64,000 nucleotides of DNA from Thermoproteota archaeon (GCA_037917675.1 JAVCBW010000025.1:48289-112288), one strand, 5' to 3'; shown: positions 38,762 through 49,016, counted from the first letter of the stretch. Program-made: numbers and translations. Notes: generated by a model from the sequence alone, not told the origin.

Positions 38762-38841
38762 ACAAGGAGTTTCTAGGATAAGCATGTTAAAAAGGTTTCA
38801 GTTTTTGGGTTCCAGCTCTAGGGGCCAGCTTTAGAGAAATA

Positions 38842-38932
38842 TGGTGGACCGGGCGGGATTTGAACCCGCAACCTCCGCGACTATGCCTACATGATGCCAA
38901 CGCGGCGCGCTACCAGGTTGCGCCACCGGCCC
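38842..38932 (-). tRNA. tRNA-Ala(GGC) with 14-nt anticodon-loop insertion; CCA encoded
   Basis: G3.U70 pair; CCGCG-TT GGC A..-CGCGG; BHB helix weak. Confidence 0.82.
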
Positions 38933-38992
38933 AGTAGTAAGTTACTTAGAAGACCAGTCTTAAACTTTTCCGTCAAGCAAGGAAGTTAAAAG

Positions 38993-39187
38993 CTACCACA
39001 GCCTCCTTCTTGTCAATGTGTCCTTGTTCTGCCACCGGTACTTCCTTATTCTCTTAAGCCTACCATAACCACAGGCAGCACAGACCCTTCTTGTAACATG
39101 GTATGCGTGCCTGCCACATCTCCTACATCTTATGTGAGTTCTCCCTTTAGACCTCTTTCCCATGGATGGGGTTCCTTTTACCATCAC
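38993..39187 (-). CDS. rpl37e: 50S ribosomal protein eL37
   Basis: [24 protein letters not shown]. Confidence 0.95.
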   Translation of the reverse strand: MMVKGTPSMGKRSKGRTHIRCRRCGRHAYHVTRRVCAACGYGRLKRIRKYRWQNKDTLTRRRLW

Positions 39188-39439
39188 CTACCCCTCAACA
39201 GGCGATACTAACACGACATTATCTCCTCTTATTATGATTCTCCCCAAGTGTCTGGAGGGGTCAAGCTGTACAGGATCTTCTCCAGGCCTCCCTATTGCTA
39301 GCTCCTCTGCTCTATCTAATACTATGTTAAGGTGATTATCAAATGAAATAAAGAGCCCTCTTACAACCCCCCCACCTCTGAGCACAACTAAGACTTGTTT
39401 GCCAGTGTAGGATTCTAGCTGAGTCGCTGGTTCACTCAA
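39188..39439 (-). CDS. Sm-like protein SmAP1
   Basis: SFDNHLNIVL, IIRGDNVVLVSP; upstream of eL37. Confidence 0.92.
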   Translation of the reverse strand: MSEPATQLESYTGKQVLVVLRGGGVVRGLFISFDNHLNIVLDRAEELAIGRPGEDPVQLDPSRHLGRIIIRGDNVVLVSPVEG

Positions 39440-39521
39440 GCGAGCACACCACTGTTGAGGTCTTCAGGGGAATTAATAAACTAGAGGGATAGGAATTTAA
39501 GTAATAGAGCACCAGCAGATT

Positions 39522-39902
39522 GTGGCTGAGATGATGAGAATACTTAAGAAAATTTTTTCAAGGAGAGAGGAAGAGATGGAAGTCGAGGAGAGGAGAGAAG
39601 ACAGTGCCCTAGAGCTTGCATATGATGCAGTAGTAGTTATCAAGCCCATGAAACTAAGGGACATAACTGATGTAGATAACATAGTGGAGGAAGTTAGGAG
39701 CGGGAATATCTTACTAATAGACATAGCTCCACTTGCAGAAAGAAACCCAGAGGAGCTACAGAGCGCAGTAAAACAAATAAAAACGCTACTATCCACGATG
39801 GGGGGAGAGCTAGTTGCCCATCAGCATAAGTCAGAGTATCCCATCCTACTAGCTACACCATCATTCGTTAAGGTGTGGAGAAGAGGGAGAGAAAGAAGTT
39901 AG
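39522..39902 (+). CDS. sepF: Cell division protein SepF
   Basis: DVDNIVEEVRSGNILLIDI..MGGEL..ILLATPSFVKVWR. Confidence 0.82.
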   Translation: MAEMMRILKKIFSRREEEMEVEERREDSALELAYDAVVVIKPMKLRDITDVDNIVEEVRSGNILLIDIAPLAERNPEELQSAVKQIKTLLSTMGGELVAHQHKSEYPILLATPSFVKVWRRGRERS

Positions 39903-41851
39903 CGCCTATCTAGTCTGTATGTCTCTAAGTTATATGGGGCTGTAGACCACATGACACCCCTAGCTCGCATCAGATGCCATAAGTCTCTTGAAAGCTCTGT
40001 AGCTTTCTGAGGTTCACCATGAACTACAAGTATCTGCTGAGGAGTAGGTTTTAGCCCACCAACATAGGATAAGAGTTGTAGTCTATCACAGTGCCCAGAC
40101 AGCCCGTCTATAGAGTAGACCTTCATCTTGACATCTACAAGCTTTTCACTTCCATCAGGTAGCCTGATTTTAACACTACGAGCTCCATCTCTTATAGCTC
40201 TACCAACTGTCCCAGCAACCTGGTAGCTGACAAATATCAGGGAGTTTCTTGAATCATCACTCAGCAGTGAGAAGTAAAGAAGAGAAGGGCCTCCAGTCAA
40301 CATTCCTGAGCTAGCAAGCAAGACACAGGGGCCTCCTCCGACGACATCCAACTTGTCTCTTCCTAATGCTGGTTCGAAGTACTCACTTAATATGGGAAGC
40401 TCTCCTGTCTCTTTGAAGGTTTTTCTGATAGAAGATGATAAGAAGCTTATGTAGTTTGCATATATTAGAGAAGCCTGATATGTCAAGCCATCAATATATA
40501 TTGGGACTCTAGATAGCTCACGCTGAGATATGGCGCTATGGAGAATAGACATAACTTCTTGGGCTCTTCCAACAGAAAGGACAGGTATAAGGACCTTCCC
40601 GCCTTCTTTGAGAGTCTTATCTACTATAGACAGGAGCTGCTGTTCTGCCGTGACTTGATCCTTTCGCACATCACGTCTACCGCCGTATGTAGATTCCATT
40701 ATCAGGGTTTCAACCTTCTTAAAGTGTGTCGGCGATGAAGACAATAACCTGACTTTTCCAAACCTGAAGTCTCCAGTGTAAAGCAAGTTGTGCTTCTCCT
40801 TACCGAGTTCGGTAGTCAACAGAACCATAGCTGACCCAAGAATGTGGCCAGCAGGATAAAGTGTCATCTTGACATCAGGAGCTATATCCAGTGTAGTATT
40901 GTAGTCGACAGGTATTGTCTGTATAACGATAGAGTCAACTTCTCTCTCAGAGAAGAAAGCAGGAACACCTTCACGCTTACACACACTTAGATAGTCCCTG
41001 AATAGCAAGAGCATTAGATCTCTAGTTGGCTGCGTACAGTATATAGGACCCTTGTAGCCATACTTTATGAGTAGAGGGAGGCCGCCACAGTGGTCTAGGT
41101 GAGCGTGAGATATTATCACAGCATCTAGATACTCTGCTAGGAATGGAAGCTTCGAAAACAAGGGGAACTTTTCTCTATATGCTCCTACATTTATTCCGCA
41201 ATCTAACATGATCGTCGATGACGGAGTCTGCACAAGGATACAGCTCCTCCCCACTTCTCTTGCCCCACCAAGGAAGGTAGTAGTTATCCAGTGGTCGTCT
41301 GAAAGCACAGGTCTATGGACGAGTGTTGCAGTATTAGACAGGAAGCTGCTTCTATCTGGGTAGGCAGACATGAGAACCTTACATGAGTATTCTAGAGGGA
41401 GAAGAGCTTTCTTAGCTCGGGGAAGCACATAATATACCTCTGGAAACCACCCTGTCTCTAATAGCAGCTCCTGTCGGCCAGCCTCAGTTAGATAAGAGTA
41501 GAGCTTAGAGCTCCATGTGAGAATGGTAACTGTGGAATCAGGGAGCATGTATATCGTCTTGAAAAGATTCTCTTTCTGCAGATCTACCCTGGCTGCTATG
41601 GATTTCAGCTGTTTCTCGACCTCTTCAGGCTTCTTTAGGATGGAGTGCTCACACCTTACTAGTATCTTCTTCCTGATAGATCTCGCGAGGGCCGCGACCT
41701 CATTGCGGTTTTCGATGAAATACTCTATGTTTCTTGAGAAAATCTTCACAATGGCTCCTTCAACTACAACTTTTGTTATCTTAGCCTCTTGGGGGAAGTG
41801 GTCTAGGACTCTCTTCTCGATCTCAGGTATAGCTGCTGTGACATTCTCCAT
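39899..41851 (-). CDS. Beta-CASP ribonuclease aCPSF1 (FttA)
   Basis: KH-like N-terminus, LGGAREVGRSC, HAHLDH, AGHILGS, MESTYG, SGHCDR, VHGE. Confidence 0.9.
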   Translation of the reverse strand: MENVTAAIPEIEKRVLDHFPQEAKITKVVVEGAIVKIFSRNIEYFIENRNEVAALARSIRKKILVRCEHSILKKPEEVEKQLKSIAARVDLQKENLFKTIYMLPDSTVTILTWSSKLYSYLTEAGRQELLLETGWFPEVYYVLPRAKKALLPLEYSCKVLMSAYPDRSSFLSNTATLVHRPVLSDDHWITTTFLGGAREVGRSCILVQTPSSTIMLDCGINVGAYREKFPLFSKLPFLAEYLDAVIISHAHLDHCGGLPLLIKYGYKGPIYCTQPTRDLMLLLFRDYLSVCKREGVPAFFSEREVDSIVIQTIPVDYNTTLDIAPDVKMTLYPAGHILGSAMVLLTTELGKEKHNLLYTGDFRFGKVRLLSSSPTHFKKVETLIMESTYGGRRDVRKDQVTAEQQLLSIVDKTLKEGGKVLIPVLSVGRAQEVMSILHSAISQRELSRVPIYIDGLTYQASLIYANYISFLSSSIRKTFKETGELPILSEYFEPALGRDKLDVVGGGPCVLLASSGMLTGGPSLLYFSLLSDDSRNSLIFVSYQVAGTVGRAIRDGARSVKIRLPDGSEKLVDVKMKVYSIDGLSGHCDRLQLLSYVGGLKPTPQQILVVHGEPQKATELSRDLWHLMRARGVMWSTAPYNLETYRLDRR

Positions 41852-42509
41852 TGCAGCTCCCTTCCCTAGCAAGCTCTCCTTTCAGTGTGAAACTAAGGGT
41901 TTTGACCCCCTCTTTAGTTATGACGGTGACATCTATACCGTCACCAGTACCTGTATCTCTGGATATCGCAGCTTTAACAGCCTCTACAGCTAGCCTGACA
42001 GCTTGCTCCTCTGTTAACTGAGGAGCATAGCCTCTTTCTAGGACTGAGAAAGCCAAAAGAGACCCTGAACCAGTTGAAAGATATTTCTCCTCGCTAACCA
42101 TGCCTAGTAAGTCGACATTAAGCAGCTGAGGTGCACCATCTTCAGTAAAGCCAGCTATGATAAGATGTGTGATATATGGGAATTGACGAGCATAAAAAAG
42201 CCTATGAGACAGATATGTTGCAACTTCCTTTGGAGACAACCTGTGCTTGTTCTCATAGAGCTCATAGTTAGCTACAGCAGATGCTAGTTGTGTTAGGAAC
42301 TGAGCGTCAGCCACTAGCCCAGATATCGTAGCATAGACATTATCAGATACTTTGATAGTCTTTCTGGCAACCTTACTTGACACGAGCATGCCTCTAGAAG
42401 CTCTTCGATCGGAAGCTAGCACTATACCATTGGTGAATACGAGTCCCACAGTCGTTGTCTTTGACTCTAGCAGTGTAGAAGACCTATCTGACCTGAACTC
42501 CAACATCAT
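41823..42509 (-). CDS. psmB: Proteasome beta subunit
   Basis: KTTTVG, ASDRRAS, SGLVADAQ, STGSGS, RDTGTGDG. Confidence 0.92.
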   Translation of the reverse strand: MMLEFRSDRSSTLLESKTTTVGLVFTNGIVLASDRRASRGMLVSSKVARKTIKVSDNVYATISGLVADAQFLTQLASAVANYELYENKHRLSPKEVATYLSHRLFYARQFPYITHLIIAGFTEDGAPQLLNVDLLGMVSEEKYLSTGSGSLLAFSVLERGYAPQLTEEQAVRLAVEAVKAAISRDTGTGDGIDVTVITKEGVKTLSFTLKGELAREGSCNGECHSSYT

Positions 42510-42563
42510 ACAAACACCTCACTTGAAGTTTAAAGAGCACCCCCCAACTGGCATAGACCCAAC

Positions 42564-43001
42564 ATGGGGAGGGTTACTCTCATAGGTAAGTTACTAGCTA
42601 GAGTAGGCTGGGAATTTATATTTCTTGGGGAAGCTGCAGCATGCAAAAGATGCGAGTTTAAAACAGTATGCGTCGAAAACCTTCAGCCTAATCTGAGATA
42701 CATCATTACAGGTGTGAAAAGCAGGGCATTTAGGTGTCAGTTGCATGGAGAAGTCGTGGCAGTGGAGGTTGAGCCAGCACTTGTCGAAGTGGCTATGGAA
42801 AGCAGGAGCAGCCATGAGGGGGCAGTAACCTTGTTTATCCAGCAGGATTGCAACCTCACATGTCAGAATAAGCAGCTATGCAGGCCTGTTGGTCTCCCTT
42901 CCGGAACTAAAGTCAGGGTTGAGAGCGACCTAGGTGAAATGAGGTGCCCCATTGGAAGGAGGCTGAGAAAATGTCTGGTGGCCCCTCTTTTAACCTCGTG
43001 A
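42564..43001 (+). CDS. UPF0179 family protein
   Basis: VTLIGKLLARVG.EFIF.G...C..C. Confidence 0.8.
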   Translation: MGRVTLIGKLLARVGWEFIFLGEAAACKRCEFKTVCVENLQPNLRYIITGVKSRAFRCQLHGEVVAVEVEPALVEVAMESRSSHEGAVTLFIQQDCNLTCQNKQLCRPVGLPSGTKVRVESDLGEMRCPIGRRLRKCLVAPLLTS

Positions 43002-43712
43002 GAGCTCATAGACTTCAGTTAGCTCTAGTCTAGAGATATCTTTAACATATCGTGCTACTAGATTTATGAAATACGCCTTCTTCGCAGCATACTCGCCTAG
43101 CTTATCGAGAGAGACTGGAATTCTAATCTTCACACATCCATCTTCAGCTATAGAAGCTTCAGGCTTGACGCCATATGACTTCTCAAATATCGCGACAACT
43201 TTCTCCTCAGGGGATTCAAGTATCTTCCTGAGGATCACATGATACCTAAGCGTCTTAGAAGCCAGTGGGTGATTAAAGTTCACTCGAACCCTACCTCCAC
43301 TAACAGACTCTATGACACCTCTGACACCATCTATCTCGATTTCCTCTCCAGGTACGACTCTCACACCCATTCTCCTGATCCTCCGCTCAGAGAACATCTT
43401 AATCTTAGAGGGGTCTCTTCTCCCATAGGCCTTCTCAGGAGGGATCTCAAAGATCCTCTCCTCTCCCTCCCGCATCCCTAATATCCCTTCATCTAGGCCT
43501 CTAGTCACCCACTTAGCTCCTAAAACTAGTAGCGCTGGCTTATACTCTATCTCTTCACTAAGCTTCCCTTCTCTCTCAGCTGTCTCCTTAATTGTAGTTT
43601 CAAGAAGCTCACCTGTATCCTTGATCCAGCAGTCATAATCAACTAAGACAAAATCCCCTAAGCTAGCTACTCTCCTCTGCTTTTCCACAGCCTCAGCTTC
43701 ACTGCTAGTCAT
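42990..43712 (-). CDS. FKBP-type peptidyl-prolyl isomerase (long SlyD-like)
   Basis: GDFVLVDY, IPPEKAYG, GGRVRVNFNHPLA. Confidence 0.9.
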   Translation of the reverse strand: MTSSEAEAVEKQRRVASLGDFVLVDYDCWIKDTGELLETTIKETAEREGKLSEEIEYKPALLVLGAKWVTRGLDEGILGMREGEERIFEIPPEKAYGRRDPSKIKMFSERRIRRMGVRVVPGEEIEIDGVRGVIESVSGGRVRVNFNHPLASKTLRYHVILRKILESPEEKVVAIFEKSYGVKPEASIAEDGCVKIRIPVSLDKLGEYAAKKAYFINLVARYVKDISRLELTEVYELSRG

Positions 43713-43766
43713 AGGATGCAGGTGGCTTATGCCTTTAAAAATGGTGCCCACACTCACTGAGATAGG

Positions 43767-44591
43767 ATGCATAGGAAGAACAGGCGGGCAGTAGCTCAAG
43801 AAGATACTATTAAGCCTATTATTGAGCTATCCCAAAGGTTCATGAGAAACAGGAGGCTTCTTGAGTTTATGGCTGAAGCAGCTTGTATATCTAGAGAGGA
43901 TGTAGTGCTTGAGATTGGAGGAGGAACGGGAGCGCTCACATATGAAATCTTACAGCATAACCCGCGTAATCTCATAGTGATCGAAAAGGATGCGAGGCTT
44001 TATATGCTGCTTAAACAGAAGTTTGCTGAGTATAACAATATCAAGATAATCTTAGGGGATATCTTAGAGTATAAGCCTCCACAAGATCTAACTAAGATAA
44101 TCTCAAACCCACCATATCACATAATCTCGAGGCTACTTACAAGGATGCTAGGATGGAATTTCAAGATTGCAGTACTCACATTGCAAAAGGAAGTTGGGCA
44201 TAGACTTGTATCAGAGCCTGGAACAAAGGAGTATGGGAGGTTAACAGTTTTGTATAAGCTAGGACATGAAGTTGAGATCTTGAAGACCGTGCCACCGAGC
44301 TGCTTCTATCCAAAGCCAAGAGTCAGCTCGGTGATAGTAAGGATAAAGAAAACAGATAGATCGAGCCTTGACTACGAGGGGTTCTCGTCGTTCTTAAGAA
44401 GCATCTTCTCGCATAGGAGGAAAAAGCTAAAGAATAGCTTAAGGAGTATAGGGCTGAGGAAACAGGAGGTTGAACAGCTAATAGAGCGCATCGATGAAGA
44501 CAAGTTATGTAAAAGGGCTGATGAGCTAGAGGCTACTGAGCTCTTAGAGGTATATAAGGCATATAAAGCTGTTAAAATGGAGACAGCATAG
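43767..44591 (+). CDS. rsmA: 16S rRNA dimethyladenosine transferase
   Basis: VLEIGGGTGALT, SNPPYHI, YGRL, FYPKPRVSS. Confidence 0.93.
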   Translation: MHRKNRRAVAQEDTIKPIIELSQRFMRNRRLLEFMAEAACISREDVVLEIGGGTGALTYEILQHNPRNLIVIEKDARLYMLLKQKFAEYNNIKIILGDILEYKPPQDLTKIISNPPYHIISRLLTRMLGWNFKIAVLTLQKEVGHRLVSEPGTKEYGRLTVLYKLGHEVEILKTVPPSCFYPKPRVSSVIVRIKKTDRSSLDYEGFSSFLRSIFSHRRKKLKNSLRSIGLRKQEVEQLIERIDEDKLCKRADELEATELLEVYKAYKAVKMETA

Positions 44592-44763
44592 CCTTTCTAA
44601 GCTTTTTAGCCTTATTGTAATGTTCTCTGCAAAGCCACAGAGACTTTGTCTTAGCATCGACAGAAAACCCAAGCTGTTGGAGAAACGGCAGTAGAGATCG
44701 GCTAGCCTTCTTCACAGCAGGCTTCCCACAGCCAACTACAGCACACTCCTCAGCAGAACTCAA
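44572..44763 (-). CDS. Small Zn-binding hypothetical protein
   Basis: CAVVGC...LCREHY; RBS AGGGGAG. Confidence 0.6.
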   Translation of the reverse strand: MSSAEECAVVGCGKPAVKKASRSLLPFLQQLGFSVDAKTKSLWLCREHYNKAKKLRKAMLSPF

Positions 44764-44779
44764 AGCTACTCCCCTAAAG

Positions 44780-44854
44780 TGCGGCCGCCGGGATTCGAAC
44801 CCGGGTCACCGGCTCGGGAGGCCGATGTCCTAGACCAGGCTAGACGACGGCCGC
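44780..44854 (-). tRNA. tRNA-Gly(CCC), intron-less
   Basis: Standard 75-nt cloverleaf TCGGC-CT CCC GA-GCCGG. Confidence 0.95.
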
Positions 44855-44913
44855 CTGCATCAGGTTCAGCTCGAGAGTTAATAAAGGTTAGCTCAGAAGC
44901 CATAGAGCATAAG

Positions 44914-45015
44914 TGGTGCCGTGGGCCGGACTTCCACCTAGTTTTGAACCGGCGACAACGCGGTCTTCAGCCACGCGTTAACATCGCGCGCTCTCCCAGG
45001 CTGAGCTACCACGGC
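44914..45015 (-). tRNA. tRNA-Phe(GAA) with 13-nt 30/31 and 12-nt 59/60 introns; CCA encoded
   Basis: Helices CGCG/CGCG and TTCA/TGGA. Confidence 0.9.
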
Positions 45016-45102
45016 ACCAACATAGGTTAGAGGAAGATTCTAATAAACTCTTCTATTTGAGGAGAAGCTGATATGGAGTGTAATTCATGAGAAGAATGCA
45101 GG

Positions 45103-45187
45103 TGGGCCGGGAGGGACTCGAACCCTCGACCTCCGCCTCGTAAGGGCGGCTTCATGCCACTGAGTCATACCCCTAGACCACCGGCCC
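45103..45187 (-). tRNA. tRNA-Val(TAC) with 13-nt intron at 25/26
   Basis: CCGCC-CT TAC GA-GGCGG; intron identical to Val(GAC). Confidence 0.92.
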
Positions 45188-45190
45188 AGT

Positions 45191-45355
45191 CTACCTACTC
45201 TTTGGCTTCTCATGTTTTGGTCTTAAGTTTTTAGACTTACATCTTCTACACTTGGTTGCGCCATAAAAGTTATGTGCTCCACATTCTCTACATATCTTGT
45301 ATCTTAGCAGTGCTCTAACTGCTATCTGCCTCTTAAACGGGTCTTCTATCGGCAT
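45191..45355 (-). CDS. rpl40e: 50S ribosomal protein eL40 (not in ORF track)
   Basis: MPIEDP...KICRECGAHN..ATKCRRCKSKNLRPK, 54 aa. Confidence 0.92.
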   Translation of the reverse strand: MPIEDPFKRQIAVRALLRYKICRECGAHNFYGATKCRRCKSKNLRPKHEKPKSR

Positions 45356-45409
45356 GTAAGATCTCCTCTCCTGGGTCCATCAACATATAAAAGGATTCTT
45401 ACACAGAGT

Positions 45410-45664
45410 TTGGGGAATATGGAGAGCAACCAGGATCTGGAGGTTAAGGTCTTATCAATCGTGGAAAGTAAGGAGGGAGCTCACCTGAGAGAGCTGCTTA
45501 CAACTACTAGGGTAGGGCTTGCTAAGCTTAAGCAGGTGCTAGACTCGCTTGAACAAAAGGGGGAAGTTGTGATTAGGAGACATGGAGGCTATACATTCAT
45601 CTCTATCACAGAGAATGGGAGAAGAAGGCTGTTAGAAGCTAAAGGCGAGGTAGAAGAAAGCTAG
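45410..45664 (+). CDS. Small winged-helix protein
   Basis: LKQVLDSLEQKGEV..ISITENGRRRL. Confidence 0.65.
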   Translation: MGNMESNQDLEVKVLSIVESKEGAHLRELLTTTRVGLAKLKQVLDSLEQKGEVVIRRHGGYTFISITENGRRRLLEAKGEVEES

Positions 45665-45761
45665 TTCAGAAGCTAGCTCAGAAGAAACGTAGCTTCTATG
45701 AGAAGTGTTTAATAGAAAGGAGTTAGCTAGATGTAGAGGATCTGCTGAGGAAGTGGTATCG

Positions 45762-46253
45762 ATGAAGTTTCCACTTGATGTATTATGTGTGAAGACAGGG
45801 ACTTTCTGCCCAGTATGTAGAGCGAAGATACAGGAGGGGAAGGTTACCCAAACGGATATCGATGTAATTAAGGTTCTGATAGAGACACCAGAAGCTTTGA
45901 AGATTGAGGGAGAGTATGTGAGGAGCATGAGGACAGAAAGAGGAATATGGGTTGTTATAAAGGGGGATATAAGCGACGCTCAAGCTAGATCTCTGAGTAG
46001 ATCGATAAGCAGGAGACTAAAGAGCAGAGCTAAAGTCATTAGGTATAGGGAAGGAGAATTAGAGAAGGTCATTGCAAGCATACTCGCACCACATCAGATA
46101 ATAGGGCTTAGCAGGAGATACCTCTTCGATGATCTCGTGATACTGAAGATATTCGTGAGGCTTAGAGGGAGAAGAGGGAGGAGAAGCCTAGATGAGGAGA
46201 AGGAGATAATCAGCCAGCTTATTGGCATGCCTATCTTGATTGAGGAAGTTTAA
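45762..46253 (+). CDS. NusA-like KH-domain protein
   Basis: MKFPLDVLCVKTGTFCPVC N-terminus typical of archaeal NusA paralogs. Confidence 0.65.
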   Translation: MKFPLDVLCVKTGTFCPVCRAKIQEGKVTQTDIDVIKVLIETPEALKIEGEYVRSMRTERGIWVVIKGDISDAQARSLSRSISRRLKSRAKVIRYREGELEKVIASILAPHQIIGLSRRYLFDDLVILKIFVRLRGRRGRRSLDEEKEIISQLIGMPILIEEV

Positions 46254-47475
46254 TGTAGCCTTCATAGTCTTCTATCCTGCTGCTTTTTATGATCTCCCTG
46301 AGTACAATGCTCGCGTAGCCTCCTCGATCAAGATAAAATGACAGGACTACAGAGTCTCTGTCAGCAAAAACATCTAAGAACAGAGGGTATATGACAGCAG
46401 GCCTAATCGCTCCTGCTAGCCGATAAGGCCAGCGCTCTATGTCTGAAATAGAGAGACTCACCTCTCTTAGAGCCTGGACTAGAGCCTGATATAGCAAGCC
46501 ATGGTAAAGTTTAGTGGTACCATGACCGGGAATAGGTATACAAATGGATGCAAGTCTAGATAGACATAGTCTAGTTAGTCTAATGGCATCCCAAGATGTT
46601 CTCGCTACAACATACCTACCGAGGGCTCTCACTATCATGCCAGGGTTCACTTTAGTGAAATCGAAGCCGCTATCAGCCAGGATCGATAGAATCCTGTTAA
46701 ATAGATAAGACTGGTAGCTCTGCAGGATTATGGAAAGCACACCTGGAGGTAGCATTGGTAAGATACTCGACAGCGATCTTGCACCACTTTTGAGCTCTTT
46801 AATGATCCTGGACTCATAGGACAGCTGAGTTGCATATGGTGACTTCCTTATAGCATCCTCTAGGAGCTGGAGATCCTCTTGGAGTATAGCCTTAGCGAGC
46901 ATCAGGTTTATGGGAATAGGCACTCCAAACCTCTGGTAGCCAAAGTAGTTAAGACAGCCAGACTCCCCTAGTTCAACAGCTAACTGCTGAGCTCTTTGGA
47001 AGGAGGCGCCTCTTATCCTAACTCTAAAGAAGTTCCCCCGCATCTCTCTGGTGGTAATGGGGTGGTCAGAGCAGCCTATGTACCTGATTCTCAGGCTTGC
47101 TGGGATCCTATGAGCATCTATCCTATGTGTCATGGGGGTAGCTATAACTTGATATGCTACAGCTTTCTTGTCTTTTATCCCAGCATACTGGATGCCTTCT
47201 GCAGATATGCTGGCAGCTCTAGCCAAATGATCCACAGCATGTAGAGTGGTATGCTTTATCTTAGAGAGAATATAGCATCTGTACCTCCCATCCCTCTGGT
47301 AAGTTGACTGGATCAGACTAGCTCTGATGAAAGGTGGGTAGACTTCATCGACAACAAAATCCCAGGGATAAAGCTTAGCTACACCGCCTGCGCCGGGAGG
47401 GCTTGTTGAGTAAAAGCTCAGCCCTATCTCCATCTCATATGATGATTCCGTTGGAGTGAAAATCATGTCAATCAC
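46231..47475 (-). CDS. truD: tRNA pseudouridine(13) synthase
   Basis: DFVVDE, AGIKDKKA, GNFF, NYFGYQRFG, QSYLFNRILS, GGYASIVLRE. Confidence 0.92.
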   Translation of the reverse strand: MIDMIFTPTESSYEMEIGLSFYSTSPPGAGGVAKLYPWDFVVDEVYPPFIRASLIQSTYQRDGRYRCYILSKIKHTTLHAVDHLARAASISAEGIQYAGIKDKKAVAYQVIATPMTHRIDAHRIPASLRIRYIGCSDHPITTREMRGNFFRVRIRGASFQRAQQLAVELGESGCLNYFGYQRFGVPIPINLMLAKAILQEDLQLLEDAIRKSPYATQLSYESRIIKELKSGARSLSSILPMLPPGVLSIILQSYQSYLFNRILSILADSGFDFTKVNPGMIVRALGRYVVARTSWDAIRLTRLCLSRLASICIPIPGHGTTKLYHGLLYQALVQALREVSLSISDIERWPYRLAGAIRPAVIYPLFLDVFADRDSVVLSFYLDRGGYASIVLREIIKSSRIEDYEGYIKLPQSR

Positions 47476-47843
47476 AGCAGTTTGAGCTGGCCAGTTATCT
47501 TATCTACCTCATCTTCTCTAGCAGGACCTATTGCAACAGCCGTTATAGACCCAGGAGGGACTTCTGTGAGGCCTGCGTCCCTTATAAGGGATGCAGGTAA
47601 ACCTGCCTTCTTAGCCATGTTATAGTACCTAATAAGGTCATCCTCTCCACTACACCTAAGAACAACCTTCTTGCCGCCTTCTTCTCTCCACTGCTCATAT
47701 ACCCTAGGACATAGTCTGCGTGCTTCCTCAGCAGCCTCAAGAGAGGCATGACATGCCTGAGCTACAAGCTTCCCAACAGACATCTTCAGGTCTACTCTAA
47801 TAAGTATGCATTGCTTGAAGCTGAATCTCCTCAGGTTAACCAC
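47472..47843 (-). CDS. pth2: Peptidyl-tRNA hydrolase Pth2
   Basis: GKLVAQACHA, KKVVL, DAGLTE, IGP. Confidence 0.95.
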   Translation of the reverse strand: MVNLRRFSFKQCILIRVDLKMSVGKLVAQACHASLEAAEEARRLCPRVYEQWREEGGKKVVLRCSGEDDLIRYYNMAKKAGLPASLIRDAGLTEVPPGSITAVAIGPAREDEVDKITGQLKLL

Positions 47844-48948
47844 CTAGAATACTTGTGAAAAGTGCTAGATATCTTCTTACAGTTAAGTCCCAGGTGAACT
47901 TCTTTGCTATGCTAGTGGCCCTAGTGGTAATGTAGCTAGCTAAGCTGGGATCGTTTAGAAGAGTTTTCATGGCATTAGCTAGCTCCTCCTGAGAATATGG
48001 GTCGACTAGCACTGCGTGGTGCCAGTTCACTAAGTGTTCTGCAATGCCTGCAAGCTTGGAAATTATAACAGGAGTGCAGGTAGCCATCGCTTCGAGCGCA
48101 ACTAGCCCCCAAGCTTCTCTAAGTGATGGCATAACAAGGACATCTGCGGCTCTCAGCATGTAGGGCACCATACTTCTAGGCAGCTCAGGACGGAATATCA
48201 CTCTGCTTCTTATATCAAGCTCAAATGCCTTCCTTAGCACTTCTCGTATTAGAGGCCCTCTTCCACAGTATACGAGACAGGCATCCTGTAATCTCTTGGA
48301 CGTAAGCTTAAATGCAACAAGAACTGCCAGAGGGTTCTTATAGGAGACCAAGGGAGCCATAAACAGCACGATTCTGCGGTCTACAGGTAGCTTCACGACC
48401 TTCCTAGCTTCCTCGCGGGGAATTCTGCTAACTGAGGAAAGCTTCTCAAAGTCTACTCCACCAGGTATCACTTTAATCTTCTCTCTAGGCAGCCCTAGCT
48501 TAGCTAATTCGCATGCAAGCTTATTACTTACAGCAACATATGAGGCAAATGACGAAAACAGTGGCAGTAGGGAGCGCATGTGGCCCTTCAGAGGAGGAAC
48601 ATCAGAGCCATGGAAGGTGAGAACCTTAGGAGCACTCGTTTTTATTAGAGATGCAGCAACACCAGATGTTAGGGCGTAATGTGCATTCACCACATCAAAG
48701 CTCCTGAGGGCTGATAGTAGAGAGCCCATGGTTGAAGCTAGTGCCACGAACGTGACCCCCCTTATCCAGGGAAGAGGAGCTGTAGGCAGCCTGTATAAGG
48801 CTTCACTATTAGCTTTCTTAGATTCAAAGTAGGATAGCACATGGACATCGATACCAGCCTTCACAAGGCGAGTAGCAACCTCTGTAGCATAGACTTCTAC
48901 ACCAGCAGGTTTTGGATGATATGGCGCAATTATCAGGACAGATAGCAT
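47836..48948 (-). CDS. Glycosyltransferase family 4
   Basis: TFHGSD, PSLREAWGLVALEAMA. Confidence 0.9.
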   Translation of the reverse strand: MLSVLIIAPYHPKPAGVEVYATEVATRLVKAGIDVHVLSYFESKKANSEALYRLPTAPLPWIRGVTFVALASTMGSLLSALRSFDVVNAHYALTSGVAASLIKTSAPKVLTFHGSDVPPLKGHMRSLLPLFSSFASYVAVSNKLACELAKLGLPREKIKVIPGGVDFEKLSSVSRIPREEARKVVKLPVDRRIVLFMAPLVSYKNPLAVLVAFKLTSKRLQDACLVYCGRGPLIREVLRKAFELDIRSRVIFRPELPRSMVPYMLRAADVLVMPSLREAWGLVALEAMATCTPVIISKLAGIAEHLVNWHHAVLVDPYSQEELANAMKTLLNDPSLASYITTRATSIAKKFTWDLTVRRYLALFTSILGG

Positions 48949-49016
48949 CTGCTGATCTAAAGGACCTGGTATAGAACTGTTTAATAAGTTGGGGGAAGCC
49001 ATAGTAGGGGCCTACT

